64,000 bases of DNA from a phage, in the NCBI GenBank assembly GCA_027468165.1, contig GCA_027468165.1_3951.1. The stretch is one strand, 5' to 3'. The notes under the pieces were generated by a model. The model worked only from the letters and a program-made list of their open reading frames with translations, had not been told where the DNA came from and ran no database searches. Shown piece by piece: positions 1 to 8,897 of this stretch. Numbering within the stretch: the first letter of the stretch is position 1; each line of letters starts with the position of its first letter. The position numbers and the translations under genes are program-made.

Positions 1-17
1 AAAAAAAAAAAATTTTG

Positions 18-111
18 TTGACACTGGTTTTTAAATAGATTAAATTACTAATCAACGGGGAGGGGATGACCTTCCCCACTAAGTAAAACCCTTAAACTAG
101 GAGATTCAAAA
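18..111 (+). promoter_or_regulatory. Early promoter plus conserved leader cassette (copy 1): -35 TTGACA 18-23, 17-bp spacer, -10 TAAATT 41-46, 5' UTR hairpin ~57-77, SD GGAG, ATG at 112
   Basis: Sequence motifs read directly; the same ~75-bp cassette recurs upstream of three other ORFs. Confidence 0.55.
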
Positions 112-312
112 ATGGCTATTATTAACGGTTTAAACATTGAAACTACTCACATCAAAGATATCAAAGTAGGGGATATAGTCCTTTTTCACGGCGTAGAAAA
201 AACCGTCACGGCGAAAGACATCAAAGAGGATTCTTTCATGGGTCGGTCTCTCTTCGGTGATTCTTATTGCTTGGGCTATCGTGCAGTTTTAAAAGTTGTA
301 AAAAATAACTAA
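112..312 (+). CDS. Hypothetical early protein (66 aa)
   Basis: ORF track; strong SD (GGAG) 8 nt upstream within leader cassette. Confidence 0.6.
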   Translation: MAIINGLNIETTHIKDIKVGDIVLFHGVEKTVTAKDIKEDSFMGRSLFGDSYCLGYRAVLKVVKNN

Positions 313-402
313 TAAAGTACTTTACAAGGGGCTTATAGTTCGATAAAGTAAGCCCCAGATAAAGAGCTTTACCACTAAATCCTTAAACTAGGAGATTCAA
401 AA

Positions 403-945
403 ATGAAATGCTTTCACGGTACTACTCAAGAAAACTTCACCAACCTGATTAATAACGGTGATAAGCCATCAGGTGCATGGAATTGTTCGGATATGGACGG
501 CAATTTTTACGTGTATCCAGAAAATAAAATCTATGGCGACGATGAGGAAGAGATAATCTCTGAAGGTATCCAGCAAGCTCTGGGCAATGCCGCTATCACC
601 GCAGCTTTCCAGATGAAAACCCAAAACATTGTTATCTTGGAACTTGATATTCCAGAAGATGAATTAAATGATGATTATTCTTGTGATAATATGGCGAACG
701 TGGCAAGTTTTACAGAATATTTTGATTTAAACTGGATTAAAAAGGTTTACACCACTGAATTTAATGCTATGTTTTCACCATTTTGTCTGCCTTCACTGGA
801 TAACCCGAATTTAAACTATATTGACGAGTCTCTGGAACTTCTCGCTAAAAGCGTTCAACAGTCCGACAGTATTCAAGTTTTTTGTGACATCATGGACACA
901 CTGACGGGAAACATCGCAGAAGAGGATTTAAAGAGTTTTTTCTAA
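403..945 (+). CDS. Hypothetical acidic protein (180 aa)
   Basis: ORF track; preceded by the SD half of the leader cassette (CCTTAAACTAGGAGATTCAAAAATG). Confidence 0.6.
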   Translation: MKCFHGTTQENFTNLINNGDKPSGAWNCSDMDGNFYVYPENKIYGDDEEEIISEGIQQALGNAAITAAFQMKTQNIVILELDIPEDELNDDYSCDNMANVASFTEYFDLNWIKKVYTTEFNAMFSPFCLPSLDNPNLNYIDESLELLAKSVQQSDSIQVFCDIMDTLTGNIAEEDLKSFF

Positions 946-977
946 TAACCTATACAATCACCTTATAAACACTATTC

Positions 978-1000
978 AGCCCCTTGCAGGGGCTTTTAAA
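978..1000 (+). terminator. Intrinsic terminator-like hairpin (AGCCCCT-TGC-AGGGGCT followed by TTTTAAA)
   Basis: GC stem plus T-run immediately after ORF 403-945. Confidence 0.55.
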
Positions 1001-1011
1001 GGGCTTTAATC

Positions 1012-1245
1012 ATGCTTACAACCGTTTACCTTATCCTTTCCATCTGTAATGGTCATTCATGTGATTTTAAAGGTCTCGAGGAGTTTACAGGGAGTAAAGA
1101 AAATACTATTCAGGTTTGCCAGATAGCAAGGCAAGACTACCCCGCCAGTGATGATATACAATGTTATTTTAAGACAGAAGACAGCGACGGCGTTTATTTT
1201 GATAGCGTTGATGGTCAATATGAAATTATCATAGAAAAAGACTAG
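1012..1245 (+). CDS. Hypothetical protein (77 aa)
   Basis: ORF track; weak RBS. Confidence 0.4.
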   Translation: MLTTVYLILSICNGHSCDFKGLEEFTGSKENTIQVCQIARQDYPASDDIQCYFKTEDSDGVYFDSVDGQYEIIIEKD

Positions 1246-1334
1246 ACAAGCCTGATAGAAATCTGTAAATTACTAATCAACGGGGAGGGAATGACCTTCC
1301 CCACTAAGTAAAGCCCTAAACTGGAGTTTTCACA
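1243..1334 (+). promoter_or_regulatory. Early promoter plus leader cassette (copy 2): -35 TAGACA, -10 TAAATT 1266-1271, leader hairpin, SD
   Basis: Near-identical to the copies at 18-111, 2002-2093 and 2599-2689. Confidence 0.5.
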
Positions 1335-1481
1335 ATGTCAAATGCAGTTGAAACGGTTTTTAACAATCCGGTATTTTCAGAGATGATTTTCTCGTTTATC
1401 ATGATGTTACTTGTTAAAACCATGAAAAAGGCCGAAAAATTACACTCAAAGAAAAAAGCTATTGCAAACCGTTTTAAGTAA
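1335..1481 (+). CDS. Small hydrophobic protein (48 aa; below ORF-track size cutoff)
   Basis: ATG placed exactly where the leader cassette predicts; manual translation MSNAVETVFNNPVFSEMIFSFIMMLLVKTMKK... to TAA at 1479-1481. Confidence 0.45.
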   Translation: MSNAVETVFNNPVFSEMIFSFIMMLLVKTMKKAEKLHSKKKAIANRFK

Positions 1482-1529
1482 AGATATAGTATCAATCAAG
1501 CCCACTTCCTAAACTGGAGATTCAAAAAA

Positions 1530-1871
1530 ATGGCTTATGTAACCGTAGTAACCGATAAAGCGGATTCATCTTGGTCAACTCAAGTAAGTGATAAGATGAC
1601 ACCTATGCAGTGCCTAAAATACTTTGAGCAATGGAATAAAGGCGAGGATGTAAGCCCCTTCCAAGTAATGCAGATTATCCATACAGACGACGAAGGGATT
1701 AAAACGGTTTTAAATAGTGAGTACTATGCAACCAGATTTGAGACGAGATGTAAAACGATGAAACTATTACGTGAATCCGGTTACCCTCATATTGCCGCGC
1801 TAATCTGGGATGACTTGCTAAAAAATCAGCGTATCAGTTACGTAAAACCTGAAAAAATATTCATCAGCTAA
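1530..1871 (+). CDS. Hypothetical protein (113 aa)
   Basis: ORF track; preceded by SD half of the leader cassette. Confidence 0.55.
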   Translation: MAYVTVVTDKADSSWSTQVSDKMTPMQCLKYFEQWNKGEDVSPFQVMQIIHTDDEGIKTVLNSEYYATRFETRCKTMKLLRESGYPHIAALIWDDLLKNQRISYVKPEKIFIS

Positions 1872-1903
1872 TCAATAACTTACAAAAAACTTTTAAAAAA
1901 GTG

Positions 1904-1932
1904 TTGACAATACCCCTTGACATTGGTAATGT
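1904..1932 (+). promoter_or_regulatory. Putative sigma70-like promoter (A-tract, TTGACA, 17 bp, TAATGT)
   Basis: Motif AAAAAAGTGTTGACA shared with other promoters in the window. Confidence 0.4.
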
Positions 1933-2001
1933 TGTTCGAGGGGGTTTATCTTAAAGGGATTCACTTAAAAGATTTCTTTAAAGATAAGCTTAAAAAATTG
2001 C

Positions 2002-2093
2002 TTGCAATCAGATATCAAAGCAAGTAAATTACTAATCAACGGGAAGGGAATGACCTTCCCCACTAAACAAAGTCCTAAACTGGAGATTCTAAA
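2002..2093 (+). promoter_or_regulatory. Early promoter plus leader cassette (copy 3): -35 TTGCAA, -10 TAAATT 2025-2030, leader hairpin, SD
   Basis: Repeated cassette. Confidence 0.5.
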
Positions 2094-2624
2094 ATGAACA
2101 AATTTCAAGCTATCAACTATATTCGTTCCGTCAATGTCATGTCAAAGCCTGTAAAAGATACGTATGAATTTCGTTGTAATGGTGTACACTTCGCAACAAT
2201 CACCAAATCAGAAAACGGGGCTTATTACGTTCATCGCCGTAATGTTGCAACCGTTGTAGTCTCTCATTTTATGCAAGCTGTCGCGGAACTTCTCCCGATG
2301 TTTTTGGGTCTTTACTTGGATGAGTGTAAAAACGTTCATAATCACGTTAAAAGCCTTTTAAATAGTTATAAAATGGCTTATGAGCGTTCTATCAAGTCCT
2401 TAAACAAGTTTTACAACGCACCTGAAAATACTGTATCAATGGCCTACGATGTAAATGGTGAGGCGGTGAGTCTCTTTGAAGTGGAAAAAATCAAGCTGTA
2501 CAATTTACTCCCTAACGATTACGCTAAAACCATCGGTGAAGGTTTAACGTTCAATATCAAGAACTTAGAAAAAACTTTAAAAGATATTGAAAAAGACATT
2601 GACGAGACAATCAAAAATCTGTAA
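2094..2624 (+). CDS. Hypothetical protein (176 aa)
   Basis: ORF track; leader cassette upstream. Confidence 0.6.
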   Translation: MNKFQAINYIRSVNVMSKPVKDTYEFRCNGVHFATITKSENGAYYVHRRNVATVVVSHFMQAVAELLPMFLGLYLDECKNVHNHVKSLLNSYKMAYERSIKSLNKFYNAPENTVSMAYDVNGEAVSLFEVEKIKLYNLLPNDYAKTIGEGLTFNIKNLEKTLKDIEKDIDETIKNL

Positions 2625-2689
2625 ATTACTAATCAACGGGAGGGATAACCTCCCAACTAAATAAAACCCTTAAACTAGGAGATTCAAAA
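2599..2689 (+). promoter_or_regulatory. Early promoter plus leader cassette (copy 4): -35 TTGACG, -10 TAAATT 2622-2627, hairpin GGGAGG/CCTCCC, SD
   Basis: Repeated cassette; stem shows compensatory changes relative to the other copies. Confidence 0.55.
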
Positions 2690-2938
2690 ATGGCAACTAT
2701 CCGCGCAATTGTAAATTCTTATGGCTGCTACACTCTGGATGTTAAATTTGATATTGGTGGAACTGATGAATGCTTTTCCTTAGTGAAAACAGTTATCAAG
2801 CAAGTTATCCCAGATTATAACCCTACTGATGACTTCTGGAAAGATGCCGTGAAAGAGGCGTTAAACGATGAATACCATTACCATTACTGGGGTGATTTGA
2901 TTGTATCCCTGTACTACGATAAAAAAGGCACTAACTAA
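2690..2938 (+). CDS. Hypothetical protein (82 aa)
   Basis: ORF track; leader cassette upstream. Confidence 0.55.
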   Translation: MATIRAIVNSYGCYTLDVKFDIGGTDECFSLVKTVIKQVIPDYNPTDDFWKDAVKEALNDEYHYHYWGDLIVSLYYDKKGTN

Positions 2939-2976
2939 TCAACGCAGCGGGGCTAAAATAGCCCCAGATACCTTTA

Positions 2977-3027
2977 AAGCCCCTTTATACTGATTCGATA
3001 GAATCTATCTCATAGGGGCTTTTTTAC
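2977..3027 (+). terminator. Terminator-like hairpin (AAGCCCCT ... AGGGGCTT followed by TTTTTT)
   Basis: 8-bp GC-rich stem with a large loop then T6; downstream of the plus-strand early genes. Confidence 0.45.
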
Positions 3028-3097
3028 GTCCTATCAAATCCCTTCCCTTCCCCTTTCCAGAATCTATCCCACTGATTCGATAGAATCTATCTCATAC
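2990..3097. repeat. 25-bp direct repeat CTGATTCGATAGAATCTATCTCATA (2990-3014 and 3073-3097)
   Basis: Exact duplication read directly. Confidence 0.8.
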
Positions 3098-3396
3098 CTT
3101 AAAAGGCAATAACTTTACAGTTTACCCTATAGCCTTTTATTAAATCAACTTAAATATAAGCCCATAACCCGAAAGGGAAGGGCAACCATTTAAACGCCAT
3201 ATAAAGCCCTATAACGGCCTTATTAACATAACTTAAGGGATTGCATTACCTCACCCTTAAAAGCCCTTTATAAAGCTTTCTAGGGGCTTAAAAGAGCCTT
3301 AAAAGAATCTTATAAGGGTGTAAGCTTTATCATCTCGTTAGTATCTAGTGAATAACTAAAAAGGGCTTGTCAGTGTCTTAAAAGTATGTTATAGGG

Positions 3397-3429
3397 GCTT
3401 AAAAGTTGCTTAAAAGTAGCTTAAAAGTT
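3397..3429. repeat. Tandem 11-bp repeat GCTTAAAAGTW x3
   Basis: Three head-to-tail copies read directly. Confidence 0.8.
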
Positions 3430-3642
3430 ACGTAAATGCTAGCCCCCTTAACATTTTCTTAACAATTTCTTAACAAACCCTACATAGTTATGTTTGTTAG
3501 TAACTTGTTAGCCCCTTGTTAAATCTCTGTTAAAACCATGTAAAAGCCTTGTAAGAACCTTTGGCATAGCCTTTAAAGCCCCTGAAAAGCCCTGTAAGGA
3601 GGTGTCTGTATAGTTGGGGTGTAATTACTAGGGAGAGACTAA

Positions 3643-3683
3643 AAAGGGCTTATAAGGAGCTATAAAGGGCTTTTAAAAGGGCT
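3643..3683. repeat. AAAGGGCT x3 at 22- and 11-bp spacing
   Basis: Read directly. Confidence 0.7.
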
Positions 3684-3779
3684 ATTTAAAAGGTCACTAG
3701 GGATTGGTAACAATACCAATTAAGAGGGAAAGGGAACGATAAGACCAGAGATAGTGACCATGTTAATAGCTTGTTAAAA

Positions 3780-4040
3780 AGGTTAAACACTTGTTAGAAA
3801 CTTGTTAATTATCTTAACAAAATAACTCTTTAAAATTAACTTGTTAGCCCTTGTTAGTCATCTGTTAAGCCTCTGTAAAGACTATTCAGCACTTGTTAGG
3901 ATACTGTTACCCTCTTGTTAAAACTGTTAAGAATCTGTTAAGACCTCTGAAGAGATGTTAAAAGGTTGTAAGAACTGTTAAGAGATTGTTAATGATATTT
4001 TAAAATTCTGCAAAGGGGGTGTTAAGGAGCTGTTAAGGGC
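3780..4040. repeat. Cluster of more than 20 YTGTTAR(G) motifs, many at ~10-11 bp phasing
   Basis: e.g. ACTGTTAAGAATCTGTTAAGACC...ACTGTTAAGAGATTGTTAATG; a second looser cluster at ~4190-4460. Confidence 0.7.
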
Positions 4041-4487
4041 TACCAAGCAGATATACATCTTCTACAGATATTTTTGAGTTCCTTTAAAGACCCTAAAAAA
4101 TGACTTGATAGTTCTATTTTATAAAAAATTTAAAATTCTGAATAATTACCTAGACAGTCTTCTAAAAATACAGGCATAAACAGGCTTATAAGATACCTTG
4201 TTAATACCTTGTTAGACCTTGTGAGATAAGGTCTGTAAAGATATTCCTGTTAAGTTTGTTAAAACAGTCTATATAGAGGCTTAGTAATACCTAGTGAACA
4301 CCTATAGAGGTAACATAGCTAACCTAATGGGTTACTGTTAAGTAACACAGGTAACCTAGAGATTAAGAGGTGTATAGGAGCTTCTAAGAGGGTATAGAGT
4401 GATGGTTAAGGTGATTGTATAGGTTGTTAAGAAGGCTTGTTAGAGGGCTATTTAGAAGGACTATACAGAGGGGCTATTAAGACCACT

Positions 4488-4535
4488 AGATAGATACTAA
4501 GATACTATATAGTACTATATAACTATATATAGAGA
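4488..4535. repeat. AT-rich tract with TACTATATA-type repeats
   Basis: TAGATAGATACTAAGATACTATATAGTACTATATAACTATATATAGAGAG. Confidence 0.6.
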
Positions 4536-4665
4536 GTAAGCTTAAGAAGGTTGTTAAGAAGGGTAGATATTTTATTCACATATGATGGTGACCCAGAGGT
4601 TGGGACAACCGATAAAATTTTATAAAAATTGAAAAGCCCCCAATTAAGGAGGCTCTTAAGATATT

Positions 4666-5259
4666 TTAAACCAGTGTTTCCAGAACTGTCTTCAGTGATG
4701 ACTTGGTTGTCTGATAAAAATGAGTAAATCCATTGTTGTTATCAAATACCAGCATCATGATATCATCTCCATTAATTGGGTACACTCGGATATCATAGTG
4801 AAACCCATTAAAGACAGCAGAACCATTACAGAATGCACTAAAGTCATCCACTGAGATGTACTCTTCATGACCTGTGATTTTTATACAGATACCCTTACTC
4901 GGTCTCTTAGGGTTGATATCTTCCATCACAGACATACTCTGTCCACCAAGAGACACCATAGTGACTACTTTACGGTTCTTCTGTCTAAAGTACATCTTAA
5001 CTTTCTGTAAAGTGTCTTCATAGAACGGATAAGACTTCTCTACAAAGATTCCTTCAAGTGGCTCTTTACCGTTTACAATACCTCTGTTATGACGTACTGC
5101 AAAGATAATTTGTTGGAGCCAGTCAAGATTTTCTTCGGAGAGTGCTTCCCGAATATCATTCCAGTCAAGGACTAGGTAGTTGCCTTCAACCTCTTTTAAG
5201 TTATCTTTTTCCATATCTATCACACCATTATCGTAAAACTTGGTAATCTGGTACTGCAA
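4666..5259 (-). CDS. Hypothetical protein (197 aa)
   Basis: ORF track; first gene of a tightly packed minus-strand block. Confidence 0.5.
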   Translation of the reverse strand: MQYQITKFYDNGVIDMEKDNLKEVEGNYLVLDWNDIREALSEENLDWLQQIIFAVRHNRGIVNGKEPLEGIFVEKSYPFYEDTLQKVKMYFRQKNRKVVTMVSLGGQSMSVMEDINPKRPSKGICIKITGHEEYISVDDFSAFCNGSAVFNGFHYDIRVYPINGDDIMMLVFDNNNGFTHFYQTTKSSLKTVLETLV

Positions 5260-5692
5260 ACTTATTGTTGTTGTTCTTAATGAGGTCTTCTTCTGTTACT
5301 AAAAATGTAAGACCACACAAGTGTGTGTATCTGCTATCATACTCAAATATTTTAAGTAAGTATTTACCATCGTGATAAACAAATTCTACTACACCTTTTG
5401 CAACAATCTTTCCAGTCTTGAAATCTTTAAGAGGGTATACATTACCAACTTTAGGAACTGTTTTCATCTCAGGTTCTTTTAGCTTCTCACCAACTTCTAC
5501 ATCACCTAGTAAGTGAGAACTCTCAAACGCTACATATTGCATATAAGCTTCTGAGCATTCCCAGATAAAGCAACTTACAAGAACCTTAGCAGCATGTCTT
5601 GAACAATTCAACTTATCACAAATCTCTTTGTACATTTCATCTTTAGTTGAGTTATCAAGCATTGCTTTTTGAACAACTTCTTTAATTTTCAT
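5228..5692 (-). CDS. Hypothetical protein (154 aa)
   Basis: ORF track. Confidence 0.5.
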   Translation of the reverse strand: MKIKEVVQKAMLDNSTKDEMYKEICDKLNCSRHAAKVLVSCFIWECSEAYMQYVAFESSHLLGDVEVGEKLKEPEMKTVPKVGNVYPLKDFKTGKIVAKGVVEFVYHDGKYLLKIFEYDSRYTHLCGLTFLVTEEDLIKNNNNKFAVPDYQVLR

Positions 5693-5745
5693 CTTGCTAC
5701 CTTCTAAGTTCCTACAAAGGGGCTATCAAGTAACCCCTCAAGTTG

Positions 5746-5970
5746 TTACTCAGACTTTTCAGTTTTCTTATCGGATTTCTTACTAGCCTTCTTCTCAGCT
5801 TTCTGTTCAGGTTCCTTCTCAGAAGTTGCCTTAATAACCATATCAAGAAGCTCTGATAAGTCACTCTTCAGTAGAGTAACGGGCTGCTCATTGTAGAAGT
5901 TTTTGTCAAGATAATCTTTGAACTCTTCAATAGAAGGAAATCCAAAAATTGGTACAGGTGTCTTAATCAT
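5746..5970 (-). CDS. Hypothetical protein with lysine-rich C-terminal tail (74 aa)
   Basis: ORF track; C-terminus EPEQKAEKKASKKSDKKTEKSE. Confidence 0.45.
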   Translation of the reverse strand: MIKTPVPIFGFPSIEEFKDYLDKNFYNEQPVTLLKSDLSELLDMVIKATSEKEPEQKAEKKASKKSDKKTEKSE

Positions 5971-6046
5971 TACTTAGTTTCTCCATAGGCATCTTTCAAG
6001 ATTGCCTTGTTAATCATTTCAGCGATTGCAAAACGAACACATACAG

Positions 6047-6580
6047 CTATAATTGTAGGTTGCATTCTTTACTTACCTCTTCAAGTTTAACCTCAGAGTC
6101 CTTAAGTCGTTTCTTATGAACTCTGAATCTCATTAGTGCGATGATGATACCAACTAAAGGGACAGCATACAAGTACCAAACATCATATACCTTTGCAGTA
6201 ATCTGTGTAATGGTTAAGTCTTGAGCTATGGAACTGATTGCTGATACTGCCAGTAATGTTGCTAGGAAAAATGCCAGTACCATGACAATACTTAGACAAC
6301 CTCTGGCACGGTGTTCATGCTTAATGCACTTATTCTTTTCGTCAACAACCCTGTTGTAGTCATTTGTAAAGTCTCTGTAGAAGGCTTTCAAGTATTCTTG
6401 ACTGTAGCCTTCAAAGCAACCTGTACCGTACCAATAATCACCACCAAAGTGTGCTATGATACCGGTATCTCCATTTGGTTTGGTTACTCTTAAAGAGACG
6501 TGATGACCAGTCTTCTGGTAATCTATCTTATATCTTTCTTCGTAAATCATTTTCCAACCCCTCTCAATCGTTTGTTCCAC
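6047..6580 (-). CDS. Membrane protein, two predicted C-terminal TM helices (177 aa)
   Basis: Hydrophobic segments LSIVMVLAFFLATLLAVSAI and YLYAVPLVGIIIALM. Confidence 0.5.
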   Translation of the reverse strand: MEQTIERGWKMIYEERYKIDYQKTGHHVSLRVTKPNGDTGIIAHFGGDYWYGTGCFEGYSQEYLKAFYRDFTNDYNRVVDEKNKCIKHEHRARGCLSIVMVLAFFLATLLAVSAISSIAQDLTITQITAKVYDVWYLYAVPLVGIIIALMRFRVHKKRLKDSEVKLEEVSKECNLQL

Positions 6581-6780
6581 TCAAGGTCAACAAGTCTTTG
6601 CAGGACTTTCCCTCTAGGTGTTACACCTTTTAAATCTGCATCGTAGCAACGGTAAAAGTCACCTTCAGCATGTTTACCATAGCATTTTCTGATATTCTGA
6701 CTTCTACGGTATTGTTCTAATAGAGACAGTCTGTAGTAATCTTCAACTGTAGTTAGTTTTTTCATTCTTTCACCACGCAT
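6547..6780 (-). CDS. Hypothetical protein (77 aa)
   Basis: ORF track. Confidence 0.4.
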   Translation of the reverse strand: MRGERMKKLTTVEDYYRLSLLEQYRRSQNIRKCYGKHAEGDFYRCYDADLKGVTPRGKVLQRLVDLEWNKRLRGVGK

Positions 6781-6848
6781 CTTCTTAAGAAACTAAAAAG
6801 GGAACTACCTCTCGATAGCTCCCATCATAGTTAACATTGTATATTCGG

Positions 6849-7430
6849 TCAAGAGTATTTTTTAGGCAGTAATGCGCTACGTTTGTTACTCTCTTCACTC
6901 AACAGTGCGATGAAGTCATCACCTTTGCCTTTCCACGGGCTGAATGAAGGGATATGCTCACGGATGGCTTCAATCACCGTCTTAAGTGCTGTATTTTTCA
7001 TCCACCAATCAGAATCTGCTGATGCCACTACGTAGTATCCACCTTCATCAGTCAGAATTGGCTCTGAGATACATGGTGAAATCAGAGTGGTGATGATTGA
7101 GCCATTGTTCATATAGTATGTGCGCTTCATAACCTTTTCAAGAAGCTTGTGAAGGTCACCAAACAGTGTTACAAGCTCTTTATGGTCAATGTCTTTTTCA
7201 AGATTGGCTCGATACTTCAAAAGTGCAGCATCAACTTCTCTGTCATTAAACTTGAAGTACTGGACTTCCTCAACAAGACAAACACTGATGTTGTTAACAT
7301 TCATAGTCAACTTGCAAACTTTTGCAGGAGAATTGATATTTGGTTGAAAAAGTGCAATACACCCTTCAATGTTTCCAAAATGTTGTACTAATGTCACTTG
7401 TGGAGTGATACTCTGTTGCTCTTCGGACAT
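6849..7430 (-). CDS. Hypothetical protein (193 aa)
   Basis: ORF track. Confidence 0.5.
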   Translation of the reverse strand: MSEEQQSITPQVTLVQHFGNIEGCIALFQPNINSPAKVCKLTMNVNNISVCLVEEVQYFKFNDREVDAALLKYRANLEKDIDHKELVTLFGDLHKLLEKVMKRTYYMNNGSIITTLISPCISEPILTDEGGYYVVASADSDWWMKNTALKTVIEAIREHIPSFSPWKGKGDDFIALLSEESNKRSALLPKKYS

Positions 7431-7774
7431 TACAGTTTCCTCATTAAATACTTTTTAAGTTGTGTGTTAGGCTTCTCAAAAACTTCTATAGAAGATATCT
7501 TAACAGATTCACCACGCATACCTGTATGTTTGAATATATAGTACTCTAACATACCTATATACTTTGCTGGTAAGTCATGCTTGACATACACCGTTACAGA
7601 ATCTTCAAATTCAACAACCTTTGTACCATCTTTGTAGTTAAACTCTTTAGGATGGTCGTATTTGTCGATGTCGTACATTAAAAAGAGTCTTTTCCGTTGC
7701 ATATCAAGCTTATTGGTTAAAGACTCTTTGATATCTGAGAAGTTTTTGTACACTGTGACATGGAGCTTACTCAT
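7430..7774 (-). CDS. Hypothetical protein (114 aa)
   Basis: ORF track; start/stop overlap with neighbours. Confidence 0.5.
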   Translation of the reverse strand: MSKLHVTVYKNFSDIKESLTNKLDMQRKRLFLMYDIDKYDHPKEFNYKDGTKVVEFEDSVTVYVKHDLPAKYIGMLEYYIFKHTGMRGESVKISSIEVFEKPNTQLKKYLMRKL

Positions 7775-8060
7775 CGTTAAACTCTCTGACGAAGAAATAG
7801 TTGACTTTGTTATTCCCTACCATAAGGTCAAAGCAGGTGTTCTCAAAAGGTTTGTTGTAGGCATCATATGAGGTGTATGTATCAGCTACTTGTTTAGTGT
7901 TGAGCTTTTTACTTGATGGATTTAAGAGGCCACCATACAGTTTCTTGATAGCCTCTTCTACAACAGACCAGATAATTTCGTCAGTAATTTCTTCGTACAG
8001 GTCAAGTTCACGCTCTAGTGAGAAGTCACAAATTGGGAAAATAACCTGTACTTTACTCAT
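7767..8060 (-). CDS. Hypothetical protein (97 aa)
   Basis: ORF track. Confidence 0.5.
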   Translation of the reverse strand: MSKVQVIFPICDFSLERELDLYEEITDEIIWSVVEEAIKKLYGGLLNPSSKKLNTKQVADTYTSYDAYNKPFENTCFDLMVGNNKVNYFFVREFNDE

Positions 8061-8455
8061 TAACGAATGACCTGTGTTACCTGAATAGCTTCAGTTACTG
8101 ACAAATCACCAACCGTTTCTTCTTTGACGAAGGTGAAGGTCAGTTCAATAGGCTCTTGCTCTTCTTGCTCAACAGGAACACCATTAAGCTCATCAAAGAT
8201 TGATTGAGTTGTCCAGTCTTCTCCACCATCTGGGTAGTGGATTGCGTAAAGTGGAAACTCTAAATTATACCAAGCAAAAACAGGGCAACCATCTGCATCA
8301 TCTCGGCATCTGTGAAGGCATGTGTTTGTACCTTCAAAATGCAAATGGAGATTACCATTCTCCTCAAAGATGAGAGCATCTTGCAGGTCTAGTTCCTCAT
8401 TTTCGCTGTAACGGCTGACATCGACTTTAACGTGAATATGACTGTTATTATTCAT
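8060..8455 (-). CDS. Hypothetical acidic protein (131 aa)
   Basis: ORF track. Confidence 0.5.
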   Translation of the reverse strand: MNNNSHIHVKVDVSRYSENEELDLQDALIFEENGNLHLHFEGTNTCLHRCRDDADGCPVFAWYNLEFPLYAIHYPDGGEDWTTQSIFDELNGVPVEQEEQEPIELTFTFVKEETVGDLSVTEAIQVTQVIR

Positions 8456-8846
8456 AAAAACCTCTCTCTGCTTGTTTTATCTTTTCTTTGAGTGTTTCAC
8501 AACGCTCTATGTGATATTTTGCTTCACACTCGTGAGTTGCTAACTCTCTTTCAAGTAGAGTTTTATAATAACCTGACAATTGCTCTGTTGTCAATGGGTG
8601 TTCAGAAATAATATCTAATCCACTTTCTCCAAGAGGGTTGAACCGACCGTACTCATCTACTTTGTAAATCTCGAACCTGAAAAACCCATTCTTAGCACGG
8701 GTAATAGGTGATAGTTCAGCTAACTCTACAGTGAACTTTGTAGAAACCTCGTCACCCCTTACTACAATCTGACTGCCAATAATCCTCACCATTGAACCAT
8801 CACGAGTGTACTTAAAAGTCCCAAAGTCACTAGCCCAAAGCTTCAT
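8448..8846 (-). CDS. Hypothetical protein (132 aa)
   Basis: ORF track. Confidence 0.5.
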   Translation of the reverse strand: MKLWASDFGTFKYTRDGSMVRIIGSQIVVRGDEVSTKFTVELAELSPITRAKNGFFRFEIYKVDEYGRFNPLGESGLDIISEHPLTTEQLSGYYKTLLERELATHECEAKYHIERCETLKEKIKQAERGFYE

Positions 8847-8859
8847 AATTTTCTCCTTA

Positions 8860-8887
8860 GAAAATAAAAAAGGCTCCCGAAGGAGCC
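8860..8887 (-). terminator. Intrinsic terminator on minus strand (GGCTCC-TTCG-GGAGCC followed by T-run)
   Basis: Perfect 6-bp GC stem; plus-strand A8 tract is a T-run on the minus strand; lies just downstream of the lysozyme gene. Confidence 0.7.
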
Positions 8888-8897
8888 TATGAAGATA

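Larger units (their letters stand above)
2940..4660. repeat. Gene-free repeat-dense block (no ORF of 60 aa or more on either strand)
   Basis: Several families of short motifs (CTTAAAAG, AAAGGGCT, YTGTTAR) recurring at roughly 10-11 bp spacing, a 25-bp direct repeat, GC hairpins and an AT-rich tract. Confidence 0.8.

Noticed and set aside
1-12. A12 homopolymer at the window start as a genome terminus
   Set aside because: It lies immediately upstream of a -35 box and is more simply an A-tract UP-like element of the first promoter; a terminus cannot be called from a window edge.
327-355. Hairpin GGGGCTTA ... TAAGCCCC after ORF 112-312 as an intrinsic terminator
   Set aside because: No T-run follows the stem; may be an RNA stability or processing hairpin rather than a terminator.
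2940-4660. Possible CRISPR array in the repeat-dense block
   Set aside because: Repeats are 7-11 bp, degenerate and phased at ~11 bp, with no 24-48 bp direct repeats separated by unique spacers and no cas genes nearby.
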